Made by a program: the position numbers and the translations under genes. Source: the human T2T-CHM13v2.0 reference genome, Homo sapiens. Taken from it: 64,000 nucleotides of DNA. How positions within the stretch are numbered: position 1 is the first letter of the stretch; every line of letters starts with the position of its first letter. Location: assembly GCF_009914755.1 (NCBI RefSeq), contig NC_060945.1; one strand, 5' to 3'. The notes beneath the pieces were generated by a model. It searched no databases, had not been told where the DNA came from, and saw nothing but the letters and a program-made list of their open reading frames with translations. Of the stretch, positions 27,451 through 40,778 are shown piece by piece.

Positions 27451-27774
27451 TTGGGAAGCAGGTATTTGCTGGCAGGGATGCTCTCCTCCTTTGCTGAGAG
27501 GCTGTGGTCCACAGCCCTTGCCAAATCTGTCGCAGTAGCTAACAGTACATTTCCATGTATGTACTATTTTCTCCCAATTTTCCCCAAGGAAAGGGCGAGT
27601 CAGGATATGCACGCATAGCACAGGACAAAAATAGCCTTGTTTAAGTAGATAAGTAGCTATTAAGTGAAGTTCCTTGACTTTGTCTATTCTGAGCACCAGT
27701 ATTTGCACTAGTCAGGCAGCATCCCCCTAGGTCAACTACCTGTGTATTCTTGTACTCTCTACTGAAAGACAGTA

Positions 27775-28055
27775 TGCACAGGGCTTATGAAAACAGACAT
27801 TAGAAATAGGATTTGAGTCCTTGGGGTAGTTGTGTGACTTACTGGTTATATGAACTTAGACAATTTACCGAACCTCTCTGAGCTTAAATTTGCTCATTTA
27901 TAAAATGGGGTAATACAAGTTTGTAACTTATAGACGTATTATAAGGATAAAATTAATTAATATACTGCATATAAAGTTTCTAGCTCAGTGACTGACACAT
28001 ATTACGTGCTATGTGATGCATATGTTAAGTGCTTGTGAAGGTTAGCTGTTACTAT
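27775..28055 (+). mobile_element. MIR SINE
   Basis: Core aacctctctgagctt...ctcatttataaaatggggtaata. Confidence 0.8.
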
Positions 28056-28266
28056 TACACCAGGTATTCTTGAACATTTCTTTAACTCAGAGTTAAAGCC
28101 AGGAAAGACATGTGTTACATTTAGTTTAAAGGATAAAAAACAATATAGCATAGACTTGGGAGTCTGGTAGTTTATCACGCAGGTAAATGCTATAGCAGTT
28201 AAAAGTCAGCAAAGTTCAAAATTAACTCTGAATGATCTATGATCTATGTGTTTAATGTCCTCATCT

Positions 28267-28545
28267 TTTTTTTTTTTTTTCTTTAGATGGAGTTTCGCTC
28301 TTTCTCCCAGGCTGGCATGCAGTAGTGCCATCTCGGCTCACTGCAACCTCCACCTTCCGGTTTCAAGTGATTCTCCTGCCTGAGCCTCCCAAGCTAGCTG
28401 GCATTACGGGTGCCTGCCACCACACCCAGCTAATTTTTGTATTTTTTAGTAAAGACAGGGTTTCACCATGTTGGCCAGGCTGGTCTCCACCTCCTGACCT
28501 CGTGATCTGCCCACCTCGGACTCCCAAAGTGCTGGGATTACAGGT
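28267..28545 (-). mobile_element. Alu (AluS-type), 5'-truncated by about 20 nt, inserted in a MIR-like sequence
   Basis: TSD tcctcatct at 28258-28266 / 28547-28555; antisense Alu body. Confidence 0.95.
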
Positions 28546-28729
28546 ATCCTCATCTATTAAGTAATAATCAAGTCTTCCTCATGAGATTTTAATGGCACTT
28601 AAATCAAAGGAAGTAAAACATCAAGCCCACAAGGATTAAGTGTACAATTAATGTTAGTCATCATTACCACTAAAAATTAACATGAGCTTAAATATATACA
28701 AACTATAGAATATAGGCAGCAGGCTCCAT

Positions 28730-28935
28730 TCATTTAAAAACTACTGATACTACACTACTGTGTACCAAGCATGGTTCTACACATCTTATTTAAAAATAAC
28801 TCATTTATTTAATCCTCATAATAGCTCCAGGAGGTAGGTACTATATCACCTAGCCCTATTTTAAATATGAGGAAACAGTGGCCACTCCATTACTAAGTTG
28901 CAGACTCATGATTCACTCCCAGGCTCCCAAGACAA
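28730..28935 (-). mobile_element. MIR SINE
   Basis: atttaatcctcataa...aggtaggtact...tattttaaatatgaggaaac. Confidence 0.7.
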
Positions 28936-28943
28936 TGCTCTTT

Positions 28944-29143
28944 CAGTGCTGTCTAATAGAACTTTCTACAATAATGGAACTGATTTGTCTGTGCTGCCCA
29001 GTATGCTAGGCCCTGGGCACGTGTAGTAATTGAGCCCTTAAAATGTGGTAAATATGCTTGAGGAATAGAATATTTTATTTCATCTCATTTTAATTAATTT
29101 AAATTTAAATAGCCACAGGTGGCTGGTGGCTATTGGACAACAC
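28944..29143. mobile_element. MER3-like hAT MITE
   Basis: TIRs cagtgctgtctaatag ... ctattggacaacac. Confidence 0.8.
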
Positions 29144-29819
29144 ATGCATAGACCACCCCGTTGCATTGCTTTATTAAAGGGCCAGTTCCACTGAAGAAAC
29201 TAGTAGAGACCCTTATCCACACTGTGCTTGTTCCACACTTGCCTACAGTGGTTGTAGTTCCTTCATTCGGGACCTTTATTACTATCTTCTTTAAAAATAA
29301 GTTGCCTTTTTTGGTACATTGAGTATCTTCAGTACAAGGAAATTTTGCCTTCAAAATACCCCACTAATAATGGTTCATCCTGTAACTTTTTATCCCTTTT
29401 GCCTACTTGTTGTACTTGCTTGATGCCAGACACTATTCTCTAGCCACAGGTTACATGCAGCTTTCCGCACATGGCCACCCCATGTTCTCCAGTTAGGACA
29501 CGGGTTCTATTTTGCCCTCTTTTGTAGAGCTAGCAACTGCTTTATTGTTGTCTGAGCTGAAAATGGAGCCTTGATGGACAAAAACAGACATCTTATCACT
29601 TTTTAACGTAAAACCATCAAACTTGGCTTTCCGTTGATCCACCAAATTATGCTTTTACTTTTGCCTCCATTTCATAAAATTAACTACCCTAAGCATGCCT
29701 GTCTAATTGCAAATTTCCATTCCCTCATGTCCAACCTCTGCCTCCCACTGCACCACTGTAATTTGCCAAGTGAAACCTGCCCAAGTTCAGAGAGACTCAG
29801 GCAAACAAAACTCACGAAA

Positions 29820-30345
29820 AGGAGTACTTTTTTGTCCGGAGTTAAATCAATATTGCAATGAAGAAAATAATCTCCTTAGAATGACAGTACATGCATCTTG
29901 CTTCCCATTCCCATTTTATGTAATTATCTGTGCTGTGATGCTCGATCCAAACAAGTGCTGTCTCATTTGTAATCAGGGCAGAGAGTACGACTCCATCACT
30001 TTTACCCGAGTCCCTCATACAGCATTGCTTGTGATCAGAATTTTCAAAACTGCATTTCCAAAATCACAACTGGGATCATTTTTGCTTAGAAGCCACGTGA
30101 CAGAAGCCTCACAGACAAACCTGAAATCTTAAACAAGCTTTAAAAGTATGACATAATGATTATCCGATAATGTCTAAAAGCAAGTGGCACATTCAGGTAG
30201 TTCAGTTTGATTTGCTGTGCTCAGAGTCGACTGGGTAGTTCATGTGCAAATCTTCTGCTAAGTCATTTCCTCTCTTTGTTTTCAGACTGGATTTCCAAGC
30301 AAAATATTCATATCTTTTTCTGTACATAGACTGACTCAGCCTTGC
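29820..30345. promoter_or_regulatory. Candidate enhancer (E-box, D-box, ONECUT-like, AP-1)
   Basis: Motif cluster in non-repetitive DNA; motif evidence only. Confidence 0.3.
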
Positions 30346-31224
30346 CACAATTTTGTGGGCAGAAAGGGTATGTGTGTTATGTACTTATCTTATTCATCAT
30401 TGTATGATATTAGGGTGGTGATTCTGAGATATGTTAATTTTTCTTGTTTTCATTGGATTCTTTTCTTTCCAACCTTCATTCCTATTGATGTGTTCATAGG
30501 TTATCATTTGTGTGATTTTTGAGACACAATGAATCAAAGGGATTAAAAGATCACTTGGATACACAATTTTTTCATTGATATAACAGTGGGCACTTGCCTC
30601 TGCATGTAACAGAAATTAAAAAAAAAAAAAATGGAAGAATCCCCATGTGTTGCTCTCAACAGAGCTGAGAATCGCATTACCAGAGGCATGACTGGCGTAG
30701 ACCTCTCATGCCACACAAATGCCTCACTTCTCCACCTGGGGTTAGCAAAAAACTTTCAGTCAACACTTGCATTCATGGCTCATAAATGTTGAGACTTGAG
30801 CAGCCTTCTTGCTAGGTGGGTTTCTATGCGGGGGTAGGAGTTTACTCTGAAATTAATTGTAGAATTTCTCTAGGAAGCCAAGCTAGCTGAATTCATTTAT
30901 TCTGAGTTCAGAATTATGAAAAAGTGAGACCAGTTTTAAGTTTTACATTTTGAAGAATTTTAATATAAGCATGATAGTTTACAACTGCTGTGAGTGAGAA
31001 AAAAAATTCTCTGTGTTCTTGCTTCTAATTTGATTTGAATCCATAAAGTATATCTCAATCAGAAAGCAACTTGTTGTAAAGGAGAAAAATAGAATTTATA
31101 GACATGAAAATAAATAGATGAAAATCATGGGTGGTTATTTGATCTTTAGAAGGTACAAAGTAGCCACAAATTATGGGTACCATTTTCTTCCACATTTTAG
31201 TTTTACATTCCTGAAACTTGGGGT

Positions 31225-32400
31225 ATGCATTTATTCAATAGTCATTCACCCTGCTAAGCAGAGGGAACACAACGAAAACAAGATACAAATCTTGCCCTCA
31301 AGAAGCTCACAATCTACTTAGAGGGTATTAACATAAATATTTTAAAAGAAAGTCCTTAAGTGTAGGGGTAGGAATATGAATGGAGTATTAGAAAAGCATA
31401 AGCAAAGGCATCTAACCCATCAGGCTTTCTGGAGGAGGTGGGATCTGGTCTGCAATTTGAAGGTTATGTAGAGGGTCACTATGTGAAAGGAGGTATAGGA
31501 AGAGCAAAGGAACTGGAAGGAGGAGCACGGTGCACAGGCAAATTAAGTGTTTCCACATTGCCAGAGAGAAAACCATGAGGTACAGATTAATAAGAGCTAA
31601 GCCTGGAGAGGCCAGCAAGATCCTGATCTTCAGGGTCTTACTTATAGCATGTGGTGGAAAGCATTCTGCCGTTTTAAGCAAAGGAGAGGACATGTCTGAT
31701 TTTGTTTTTAGTGGCGTATGAGTTGGTTTGTGCTGCAAAAGAAACAACTGCCTCAAAACCTAGAGGTTTAAAAGAATGAATAGTTAGCTCATGATCCTGA
31801 GGGCAGTTCTTCCGAGCAGCCCAGCTCAGCTCATTCTACCTGGCCCTCTCCTGTGTCTGCAGTCAGCTGGCAAATTGTCTGGCAGCTAGATGATCCAGGC
31901 TGGCCTCACGTACATGGTGATTGGGGGCTGTCTGCCGGAGCTCCTTGGTTTTCCACCACATGGCCTCATATGCACCAGCACGCTAGCTTGAGCTCACTCA
32001 CATGGTCTCAGGATTCTAGGACAAGCAAGAGTGAAATCTGCCAGGCTATTTGAGGCCCAAGCTCACAATGTGGACAACGTCATCACCACCACATTCCATT
32101 TCTTAAAGCCAGTCACAAGGCCAGTCTAGATTCAAGAGAGGTGTAGTGGAGAGGAATGGCTCGCTTTTATGGGAGAAACTGTAGGTTTTACCAAACTGCT
32201 ACAGAGAAGGACAACCAAAGACAAGAAAGCCAGTTAGGAGATGCTGTGTACTGTAGCCTAAAAATGAGATAATGGGCCTAATCTAAAGAAGCGATAGCAA
32301 TGGAGAAAAGGAAACCAAGTTAAGAAACCTTCATGGATAAAATGGTAGAATTTCATGATTGACTAGATCAAGATGAGAAAGAAGAAATCTCTAGTTTGAC
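31225..32400 (-). mobile_element. L2 fragments interrupted by an MLT1-type LTR (about 31712-32203)
   Basis: L2 antisense motifs (ttgccctcaagaagctcacaatcta; ttttaagcaaaggag) around MLT1 motifs (tctgcagtcagctgg, cacaaggccagtctagattcaag). Confidence 0.65.
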
Positions 32401-35367
32401 CAAAAGAAAGATAGAAACTAAATATTTGTGTGCCTTATGTGTTTATTGAATTATCTTAACAACATACCAATGGCCAATCCTTATGCAAGTACCAGGTGTG
32501 CATCAAGAAAAGTAGAGAAGAATGTGGATCAATTTTATTTAGCACATATTAATTTAACACCCCCAGTTCTAGTGCCAACTAACGACCCTACCTTCAAGGA
32601 ATTAATACTTCAAGAAACAAGGTACACAGGAAATCAGGTAATAATAGAAAATAGTAACTGATCAAATGATAAAATATATAGTAAAGATAGAAAGTGATAC
32701 AGAACACAGAAGGAAATTCCAGAAGAGTCAGGGAAGTCTTCATGGAGCAGGTGGGACCTAAATAAGGTGGATTTTATAACCAAAAAGTCTCATAAATATT
32801 AGCATTATATTAATTTATCCGAGTATCATCTATATGACTAGTATACATACTTTTAATGTCTTTTCCACATTCCATTGCTAAGAGAATTGAAATAAATAGT
32901 TATTCAAATCATGTTCAATATTCTGTGGTTCAGACGAGGAACCCTGATTAAGAAAATCTGGTTTACACATTATTTCTTGGGATTCAGATTCTAGTTGTTA
33001 AAAATCTGTCAAAACTTGTGCCAGTAATGAGCCAATCATCCAGTACAAAGGCATGCTAGGAGCAAAGCCAGATTGAACCAAGAGAAGGTATTAGGAAACC
33101 AGCAGGGATCTGAGGGGGTGGAGGAGGTTGGAGGGAGAGAAAGAAAGGCTGAGTTGTAATCCTGGAGACAAGGTCCTATTAGCAAAGAGGCCTAGGGAAC
33201 ATTCACTCCAATTTAGAAGAGAAAACAAAGTCCAGAGGAAACCCACAGTCTCTGGCACATGGAAAATAACAATTTTTAAATGAATCTACAGATAGATAGA
33301 AGAATGCAAACCAGGGAATGGGGAGGGAAGATATCAAGCTGTCATTCTGAGAGTTCCGAACAGTGTGGAATTAGAAAATGAAGAGTAGCAGACGCAAGTA
33401 GGAAGCACTTTCTACCAACCTCCCATGATGACCAGTGCTCTGGGGAGATGGAGACACAATGGAGAGCCAAGATCTTTAGGCTCATGATGGCTCAGGAAGA
33501 GGGGTCACCATCTAAGAGTCCTTCAAAAGTGCTTGGAGCTCTTGTGCGAGGGCACAGGATGGACACGAATATTTCTAAATTTTCTCGTATCCAGCAAGGA
33601 AGCTGTTTACATAATAATTCATTGAGTTTGGGGAAGAGTTGAGTCAACATGCAGATCCTAGAAACAATCAGAATGGTACTACAGCGGAATCAGGGGCAAC
33701 CACAAACCAACAGAAACATTCTCACCCTAAATCAAATTAAGGTATCTCTGAAATCCCTGCATCTGCAGAAATCTAGCTATCTGGAAAGTTTCCTCTGACA
33801 ACTACTACTACCACTGAGTACTTCTTGGAGTCCCTAGTGGATGTCTGATCTAGGCTTCAAAACAAATCCAATCCTCTAGACTTGGCTGATTGATCCAATG
33901 TTTCTTTCTCATCTGCCCAGCTGCCTTCTGGTTTATGTGATCTGCCATCCTCCAACACCCTGCCTTTTGTTCTAGGTGCATCCACTTCTAATTAACATTT
34001 CACCTTCTGTCTAACTCTGGTCTGCCCTGCAGGAGATCATGGCTGCTATGAAGAACAATCACAGTGCTAAGTATGTATGATGTTAGGTGAAGACACCCTT
34101 TGACACTCTCAGAAGGAAATTAAAGGAATATTCTACCCTACCGCGCATATTGGGCTTTTAGTAAAAATTGTTGTAAAAATTTACTGTTAAGAAAAACTGA
34201 CTAGTGCCTCTTTGTTATTGTCTTTTTCTTTCTATTCCTTTTTTCATGCTTTTTTCATCTGTCATTTTTCTTTTGCTGCTGTAAACTCACAAAGGAATAA
34301 AAAAATCCTTGTTTCCTCACTTTCACCACAGATAGAAGGTACCAGCAATTGTGTTTTTAAAAGTCTAAACTCTCCTTCAACTACAACTCCAGGGGAAAGT
34401 ACAGTTTTCATATTTCGGATCCATAAAGATAGAAGAAGTCAGGAAGAGTAATGGAAGGTGATGTTTTGAACTGAAGAGAAGTGCCCCAATACCTAGGGTG
34501 GCTTCTTTGAGTTAAAAGAAGGCAGTGGTGACAATGAACTTGCAGTGTGCCCCCCTCCTACCCACAGACAAGGGCTGCAGAACCTCTAAAAAATGGGCTA
34601 TATAATGGCTTAAGGCCTGACCACCTGGAAGTCTTCTTATCCTGAGCCCAGAGCCACCCATTTCCTAACAGAACAGATAACCCTAAACAATGAGCATCTC
34701 AAAAGAGACAATGATGGATAGAAGGTCAAAGGATTTACCCCAATCTTCTGGATTGGAAAAGCTCCTTGGTTGTTGTAAAGACTGGACACCCAGCAAAACA
34801 TAACTAAGTTTAAATATTCTACAAACCCTAATGAACAGGAACTGAGAGATTTATTTCACTTAGAAAAATATAGTGGTTTTTGCACACATAAGTGAAGCAC
34901 AGAGATACAAATTATACAATTTCTTCAGTTTTTATTATCAAGTCTCTCTCTCTCAGCTAGAACTGGACCAGGGATGGATCCAAAAACAAACAGAAAGCCA
35001 TATTCAGAGCAGCCACTTCCCTCACACAACCACTGCTTGGCTGTCAGGCCAAGCTTATCTTTCTGGATCTCTGTCCCTGAGGATAAATTCTCTCCCACAA
35101 GATTCAACAATGTCTACTGCAAATAGGCCTCTGGTCTATCTGCCACATCAGTTAGCCAAATGTACAGATGGTTCTGAATTCCAGAGGTGGATGAATACAT
35201 GTGAGACTCAAGCCATCACGTTGGGGCTCAAAAGAAATTTGATGTTGAAAAAGTGAGAACCCCTGACATATTAGTAAATAGGCACCTTCAGGAGCTTACT
35301 GAATACTAGTAGTCCATTAAATGTTGAAACAACCCCAAAATTTCACATTAAGAGTTTATTTCTTGCT

Positions 35368-36210
35368 GCTCTAGGCTGAATGCATGTGTTCCCCCAAAAT
35401 TGAAAAGCTGAAATCCTAACCCCAAAAGTGATCTTGAGGTGGGATAGTTCCCTTGACCCCCTTCATGGGCAGGAACTGGAGGGACTCAATTCAGTCAGCC
35501 TGCCACTGGCCACTCCTCATGGGAGGGAGCGTGCAAGCAAGTAAGTGTGGGAACCGGAGTGAACAAATGCTGGAAGCATCCGGTCACTCTTCTCTGGTGG
35601 GAGCAGGCTCTACGCAGGCCCAGCAGCAGTGTCCAAGCGTGTTACTACCAATCCTCTTTCAGCTCTGCTCTCTGGGGATGGCCAAGTACCAACCAGCTCA
35701 GTGGAGGGTTGGGGTGGCAGCCCCTGCCCTCTCAACACCAGGGTTCTTGTCTGGTGTCCAAGAAGAATCAGGTCACATGAACTGTTTGAAAGGTGATGAA
35801 TGCGGAAGACTTTACTGAGCGGAGGGTGGCTTTCAGCAGAAAGGGATGGGAAGGTGATCTTTCCCTGAAGCCCAGCCATCTCCGGCCAGGGCCCTCTCTG
35901 AAGCCGCACCATCCAAAGTTAGCTGCCTCTAACTGTAGTCTCTGACAGTTGCTTCTCTGCTCACTGCTCAGCTGCTTGATACAAGCTGTCTGAATAACAA
36001 GCATCCTTCATGCTCAGCCACTTGTGTTGCTCTGCCGGCTAATGTCTTTTATAAGCACAGGATGGGGGCAAGGCAGGGCAAAAAGGCAACATTTGGGTGG
36101 AAAAACCAGGTCAGCTGTTTTCGCTTAGGGTCGCAGTTCCAGGGTAAGGGTGGGGTTTAGCCGGGAACCCAGCCCTTCTGTATCAATAGTACTAGAAGCT
36201 TGGGCCTTGG
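35368..36210 (+). mobile_element. MLT1A-like 5' fragment split by an LTR insertion
   Basis: ggctgaatgcatgtgttcccccaaaatt...gaaatcctaacccc..gtgat [insert] atagtactagaagcttgggcctt. Confidence 0.65.
35435..36185 (-). mobile_element. ERV1 solo LTR, LTR1-family-like
   Basis: TG...CA termini; minus strand begins tgatacagaagggctgggttcccggctaaaccccaccctta; GC-rich, about 750 bp. Confidence 0.7.
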
Positions 36211-36351
36211 CAGTGGTCACATACCCCACAGTCTAAGGCTGGCTGGGTAGCTGCTGCCCTCTTTGGACAGGCATGTGTTCCCCACAGTCCCCACCAGTTC
36301 CTACTGCTTTGCTACACTGAAGGTGTCAGCAACCACTTATTGCACTTGCTC

Positions 36352-36976
36352 TGCACTATGGTCTGAATGTTTGCGTACCTTCAAAATTCATATGCAGAAA
36401 TCTTCACCCTTAAGGTGATGGTGGCAGGAGGTTGGGACTTCAGAAGGGGATTAAGTCATGGGGGTAGAGCCCTCATAAATGGGATTAGTACCCTTATAAA
36501 AGAGGCTGAAGAGAGACTCCTCACCCCTCCACATATGAGAACATAGAGAAAAGATTATGTTGACTGGGTGCAGTGGCTCATGCCTGTAATTGCACATCAA
36601 GAGACTGAGGGGGGAGGATTGTTTGAGGTCAGGAGTCCAAAACCAGCCTGGGCAACATAGAAAGACCCCTTCTCTAGAGAAAAAAATTAAAAATTATCCA
36701 GGCAAGGTCATGCACACCTGTAGTCCCAGCTACTGGAGGCTTAGGTGGGAGGATCGCTTGAGCCTAGGAGTTCAAGGCTGCAGTGAGACAGGACTGCAGC
36801 ACTGCACTCCAGCCTAGGCAACAGAGTGACCAGTAAGCAGGTCCTTACCAGACACCTATGCTGCAGCCTTGACCTTAGACTTCCCAGCCTCCAAAACTGT
36901 GAGAAATGAATGTCTGTTGTTTATAAGCTATCCAGTCTATGATAATTTGTTCTAGCAGCCTGAATAGACTAAGACA
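36352..36976 (+). mobile_element. MLT1A/MLT1A0 solo LTR containing an Alu
   Basis: ctatggtctgaatg ... gacttcccagcctccaaaactgtgaga ... gactaagaca. Confidence 0.88.
36561..36830 (+). mobile_element. Alu (AluJ-type) lacking its poly(A) tail
   Basis: gagcctaggagttcaaggctgcagtgag; ends at caacagagtgac with no tail. Confidence 0.92.
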
Positions 36977-37221
36977 CTAGCTCATGTAATAATCAAATGA
37001 AGTCAGCAGGAAGCTCTGCTCCATGTAGTCATTCAGGGATGCAGTGTCCTGCCATCTTGTGATAGCAGCATGTTCTAAGGCTTCATCTTCCTCTACATTA
37101 AGCCAGTGATAGGAGCATGAAGAACTGCATGTGAGAAGGTTCCATGGGCCAAGACTCGAAGTTGTGTGCAACACTTACCTCCCAATTCCATTGACATGAA
37201 TTCAGGCACATCAAACCCCAC

Positions 37222-37594
37222 TGTACTGATCTGTTCTCACATTACTATAAGGAAATACCCAAGACTGGGTAATTTATAAAGGAAAGAGGCTTAATTGACC
37301 CACAGTTCCACATGGCTGGGGAGGCCTCAGGAAACTTACAATCATGGTGGAAGGCGAAGGGGAAGCAAGGCACCTTCGTCACAAGGTGGCAGGAAGAAGA
37401 ATAACCAATGGAGAAACTTGCCAAACATAAAACCATCAGATCTCATGAGAATTCACCCACTATCACAAGAGCAACATGGGGAGACCGCCCCATAATTCGG
37501 TCACCTCTACCTGGTCTCTCCCTTGACATATGGGGATTATGGGGATCACAATTCCAGGTAAGATTTTGGGTGGGGACACAGCAAAACCATATCA
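37222..37594 (-). mobile_element. THE1 (THE1C/D-like) MaLR solo LTR, nested in an older MLT1
   Basis: gactgggtaatttataaaggaaagagg ... gggtggggacacagc..accatatca; 5-bp TSD cccac/cccac. Confidence 0.92.
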
Positions 37595-38755
37595 CCCACC
37601 ATCCCACCACCACCACCTATTGGCCACTGCAAAGAAATATGGAAAATGTGTGCCTAGAAATTAGTGGAAATTAGTCTGGTAAACAATCAGCTCATCTCAA
37701 GTTCCAGCCACAGAACATCATAGCTCTTTCTCCCTGCTTATGTTTCTTCACTCTGCTGGATCAAATGAGCTAATAACTGAGGAAATAACAAAACAAAGTA
37801 TTAAATTCTGACTACTTTCCAATGGCCTAAACAACTCATAGAGTCTTAATTCTTTTTGTGAAATTTAAATCCTGAAAATATTTAGGTAAATCAATTTCTC
37901 ATTCTAATAACTATTTCATAATAAATTGGCTAATTTGTTCTGGTGGTTTTGATGACCAGGCAATGTAAAATACTGGAAATCTAATTTTTTGTTTCTCAGA
38001 AATGTACAAATACTGCCTCACTCCACATTTTTGTTAATCTGATGAGAGATTGGCATTTGAGTTTAAGAACCTCTCTAGACTGAGGCCAGTGCTCTGGGGC
38101 CTGGAGACTTGGCCACAGATTCGAAGGTTTTTTGGTGAGTTATAGGAATGGAACTGAATGTGCATGCCCTTGGGGTAGGAGTGCCCTCATCAGGGAAACT
38201 ACAGAGTTACCTCCTTCTCCTCATCTCAAAGACTATGAAGTGAGTCTTTGAGGCCAGACAGGTAATCTACTTGTCCTCCTTTTGGGAGTTCCAGATACAC
38301 ACAGGGCACATTTTCCTGCCAGACTCTGTTTAATTCTCCATGCTGCACTGCACTGTCCTTTTACTAACTGCATGCATCCCCAAGCTTACACCAGGAAATT
38401 CATTTAGGGAGGGTCTCAGATAAGACTTCTCTTAATATTCTGTGAATTTAGTCTATCTCAGTCAGCCTCTGTTTCTAATAAATGCCTTCTACTCTAAACA
38501 GATTTGAAATTATTCCGTTTATCTCACTGTCAGCTTTTGTCCAAGATCCTGTTCAGTTATAGACTGCCATACACAAGGTAAGAATAATTCAAAAGTTTCA
38601 GAGACCTATAAAGGTACTGAAGGATTAAGAAAAATTGACACAAATTCCAAAGGAAAAAGACTCAAAAAGAATTTTTCACATCATGGTCCCCTAAATTTCT
38701 GCATACCATCAACTTAGCTGTTTTTTTTTTAACAGTACAGATTCCTGAGCCCCAT

Positions 38756-39107
38756 TGTTATGGTCTGAATGCTTGCATCTCCCCAAAATTCATATGTGGA
38801 AACTTTATCACCAATGCAATGATATTAGCAGGTGGGGACTTTGGGAGTTGATCAGGTCATGAGGTCAGAACCCTTGTAAATGAGATTAATGTCCTCATAA
38901 AAGAGATCTGAGGGAGTCTGCCCCTCTCATCATGTGAGGACACAAGTAGAAAGTGCTATCTCTGAATTAGGAAGTAGGCCCTCACTAGACACCAAATCTG
39001 CCAGTGCCTTGCTCTTAGACTTTCCAGCCTTCAGAACTGTGAGCAATAAGTTTCTGTTGTATATAAGCCACCCCTGTTTGTTATCACAGCCCAAAAGGAC
39101 CAAGGCA
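38756..39107 (+). mobile_element. MLT1A-like solo LTR nested in a MER5-like element (about 38682-39215)
   Basis: tgttatggtctgaatg ... ggaccaaggca; TSD cccat/cccac. Confidence 0.85.
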
Positions 39108-39663
39108 CCCACTATATACCTATAAATTCACATTCTCTTAAGGATAGAGCTGGGATTCGGAATTTTTAAACAAATTCCCCAGGTGATTTTAATTCATGTT
39201 AAAGCTGAGAATCATGAAAGAAAAGGCTAATTATGAATCAAAAGAAGGTTGTGAGGGTCACTTGATGAAATATCTGTGTCTTGAGAGAGAACATCTGGCA
39301 CATGTTTGCAGAGGTTTGATGTCTGTATGTTATCATTATAATATGAGCAGCATATGGATGACTATGAAGAGAAAGAGGGAGGTGCTCCTTCCTCCTGCAT
39401 CAACCTGTCATCTCAGGAAAAGCCTGATGTCCTGATAGATAACCCATAAATAGTGAGCTGGGTGATTCACTTAAGCATATCCTGAAGGACACCATGCCCT
39501 ATCCCTGCTTCATACATAAAAGATTAGACAGAGGGAGAAGAGGATATGAGGGGACAACTGCCTCTTTCTTAACATTTCCCTGAGAGTGGAGGGGGAAGAA
39601 CATTGAACTTGTCCTACCTCCTTCAAAGGTTTGACCCAAGAGACTCTCTCATAAAGTTTGAGG

Positions 39664-40222
39664 GTATTTCAGTTATCTGTTGCTATGTAACAAACCACCC
39701 CCAAAACAAAGTGGCTCAAAATAACAATGTTATCTCCATGGTTCTATCAATTGACAATGTTCAGTCAGATGGCCTTATTTGGTATTTTTCATATAGCATC
39801 AGTCAGGTGGCAGCTGGATTTGGAGATCACTAAAGGTTCATGGGCCATGCATGTAAAATGGCTCACTCATATGACTAGGAATTGATGCTGAGTGTCAGCC
39901 TGGAGCTCAGCTGGGGTTGTCAAGCACAGAACATGTATGTGGCCTCTCCATTTGGCATGAGCTTCCAACAGCATTGGTTGGGGCATGGCAAGTCTGAAAA
40001 GGACTGATCCAAGAGCAAGTCCTCTTGTGAACTAGTCTCATAAGTCCCAGAACATCCCTTCTGATTCATTCTACTAGTTAAGCATGTTGCTTGGGCCAAT
40101 CCAAATCCAAGAGAAGAAGAAATAGGCTCCTGTTCTTAATAAGGGGTGTGGTAAAGTCATATTGGAAAAGAACATTAAGGGTGAGAGATATTGTCGCTGC
40201 CATCTTTTGAAAATATGATTTT
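39664..40222 (-). mobile_element. MLT1-type solo LTR
   Basis: cagttatctgttgctatgtaacaaaccaccccc ... gccatcttttgaaaata. Confidence 0.75.
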
Positions 40223-40366
40223 CTATAGAATGTGGCTCTGAAATATGGTACAGAGATTGTTTTTGTTTTTCCACCAAGGGAACTTGGAAGAAAATGCAAA
40301 AGGTACCCAAGATTCTGAGGATGGGCTAATACAAATCCAAAAGGTGGTACAGAAAGTAGCACTGGG

Positions 40367-40778
<412 letters not shown>

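Noticed and set aside
29634-30132. 141-aa and 75-aa ORFs in unique DNA (similarly 8679-9113, 34873-35256, 52389-52769)
   Set aside because: Non-ATG starts, no recognisable domains, and lengths compatible with chance.
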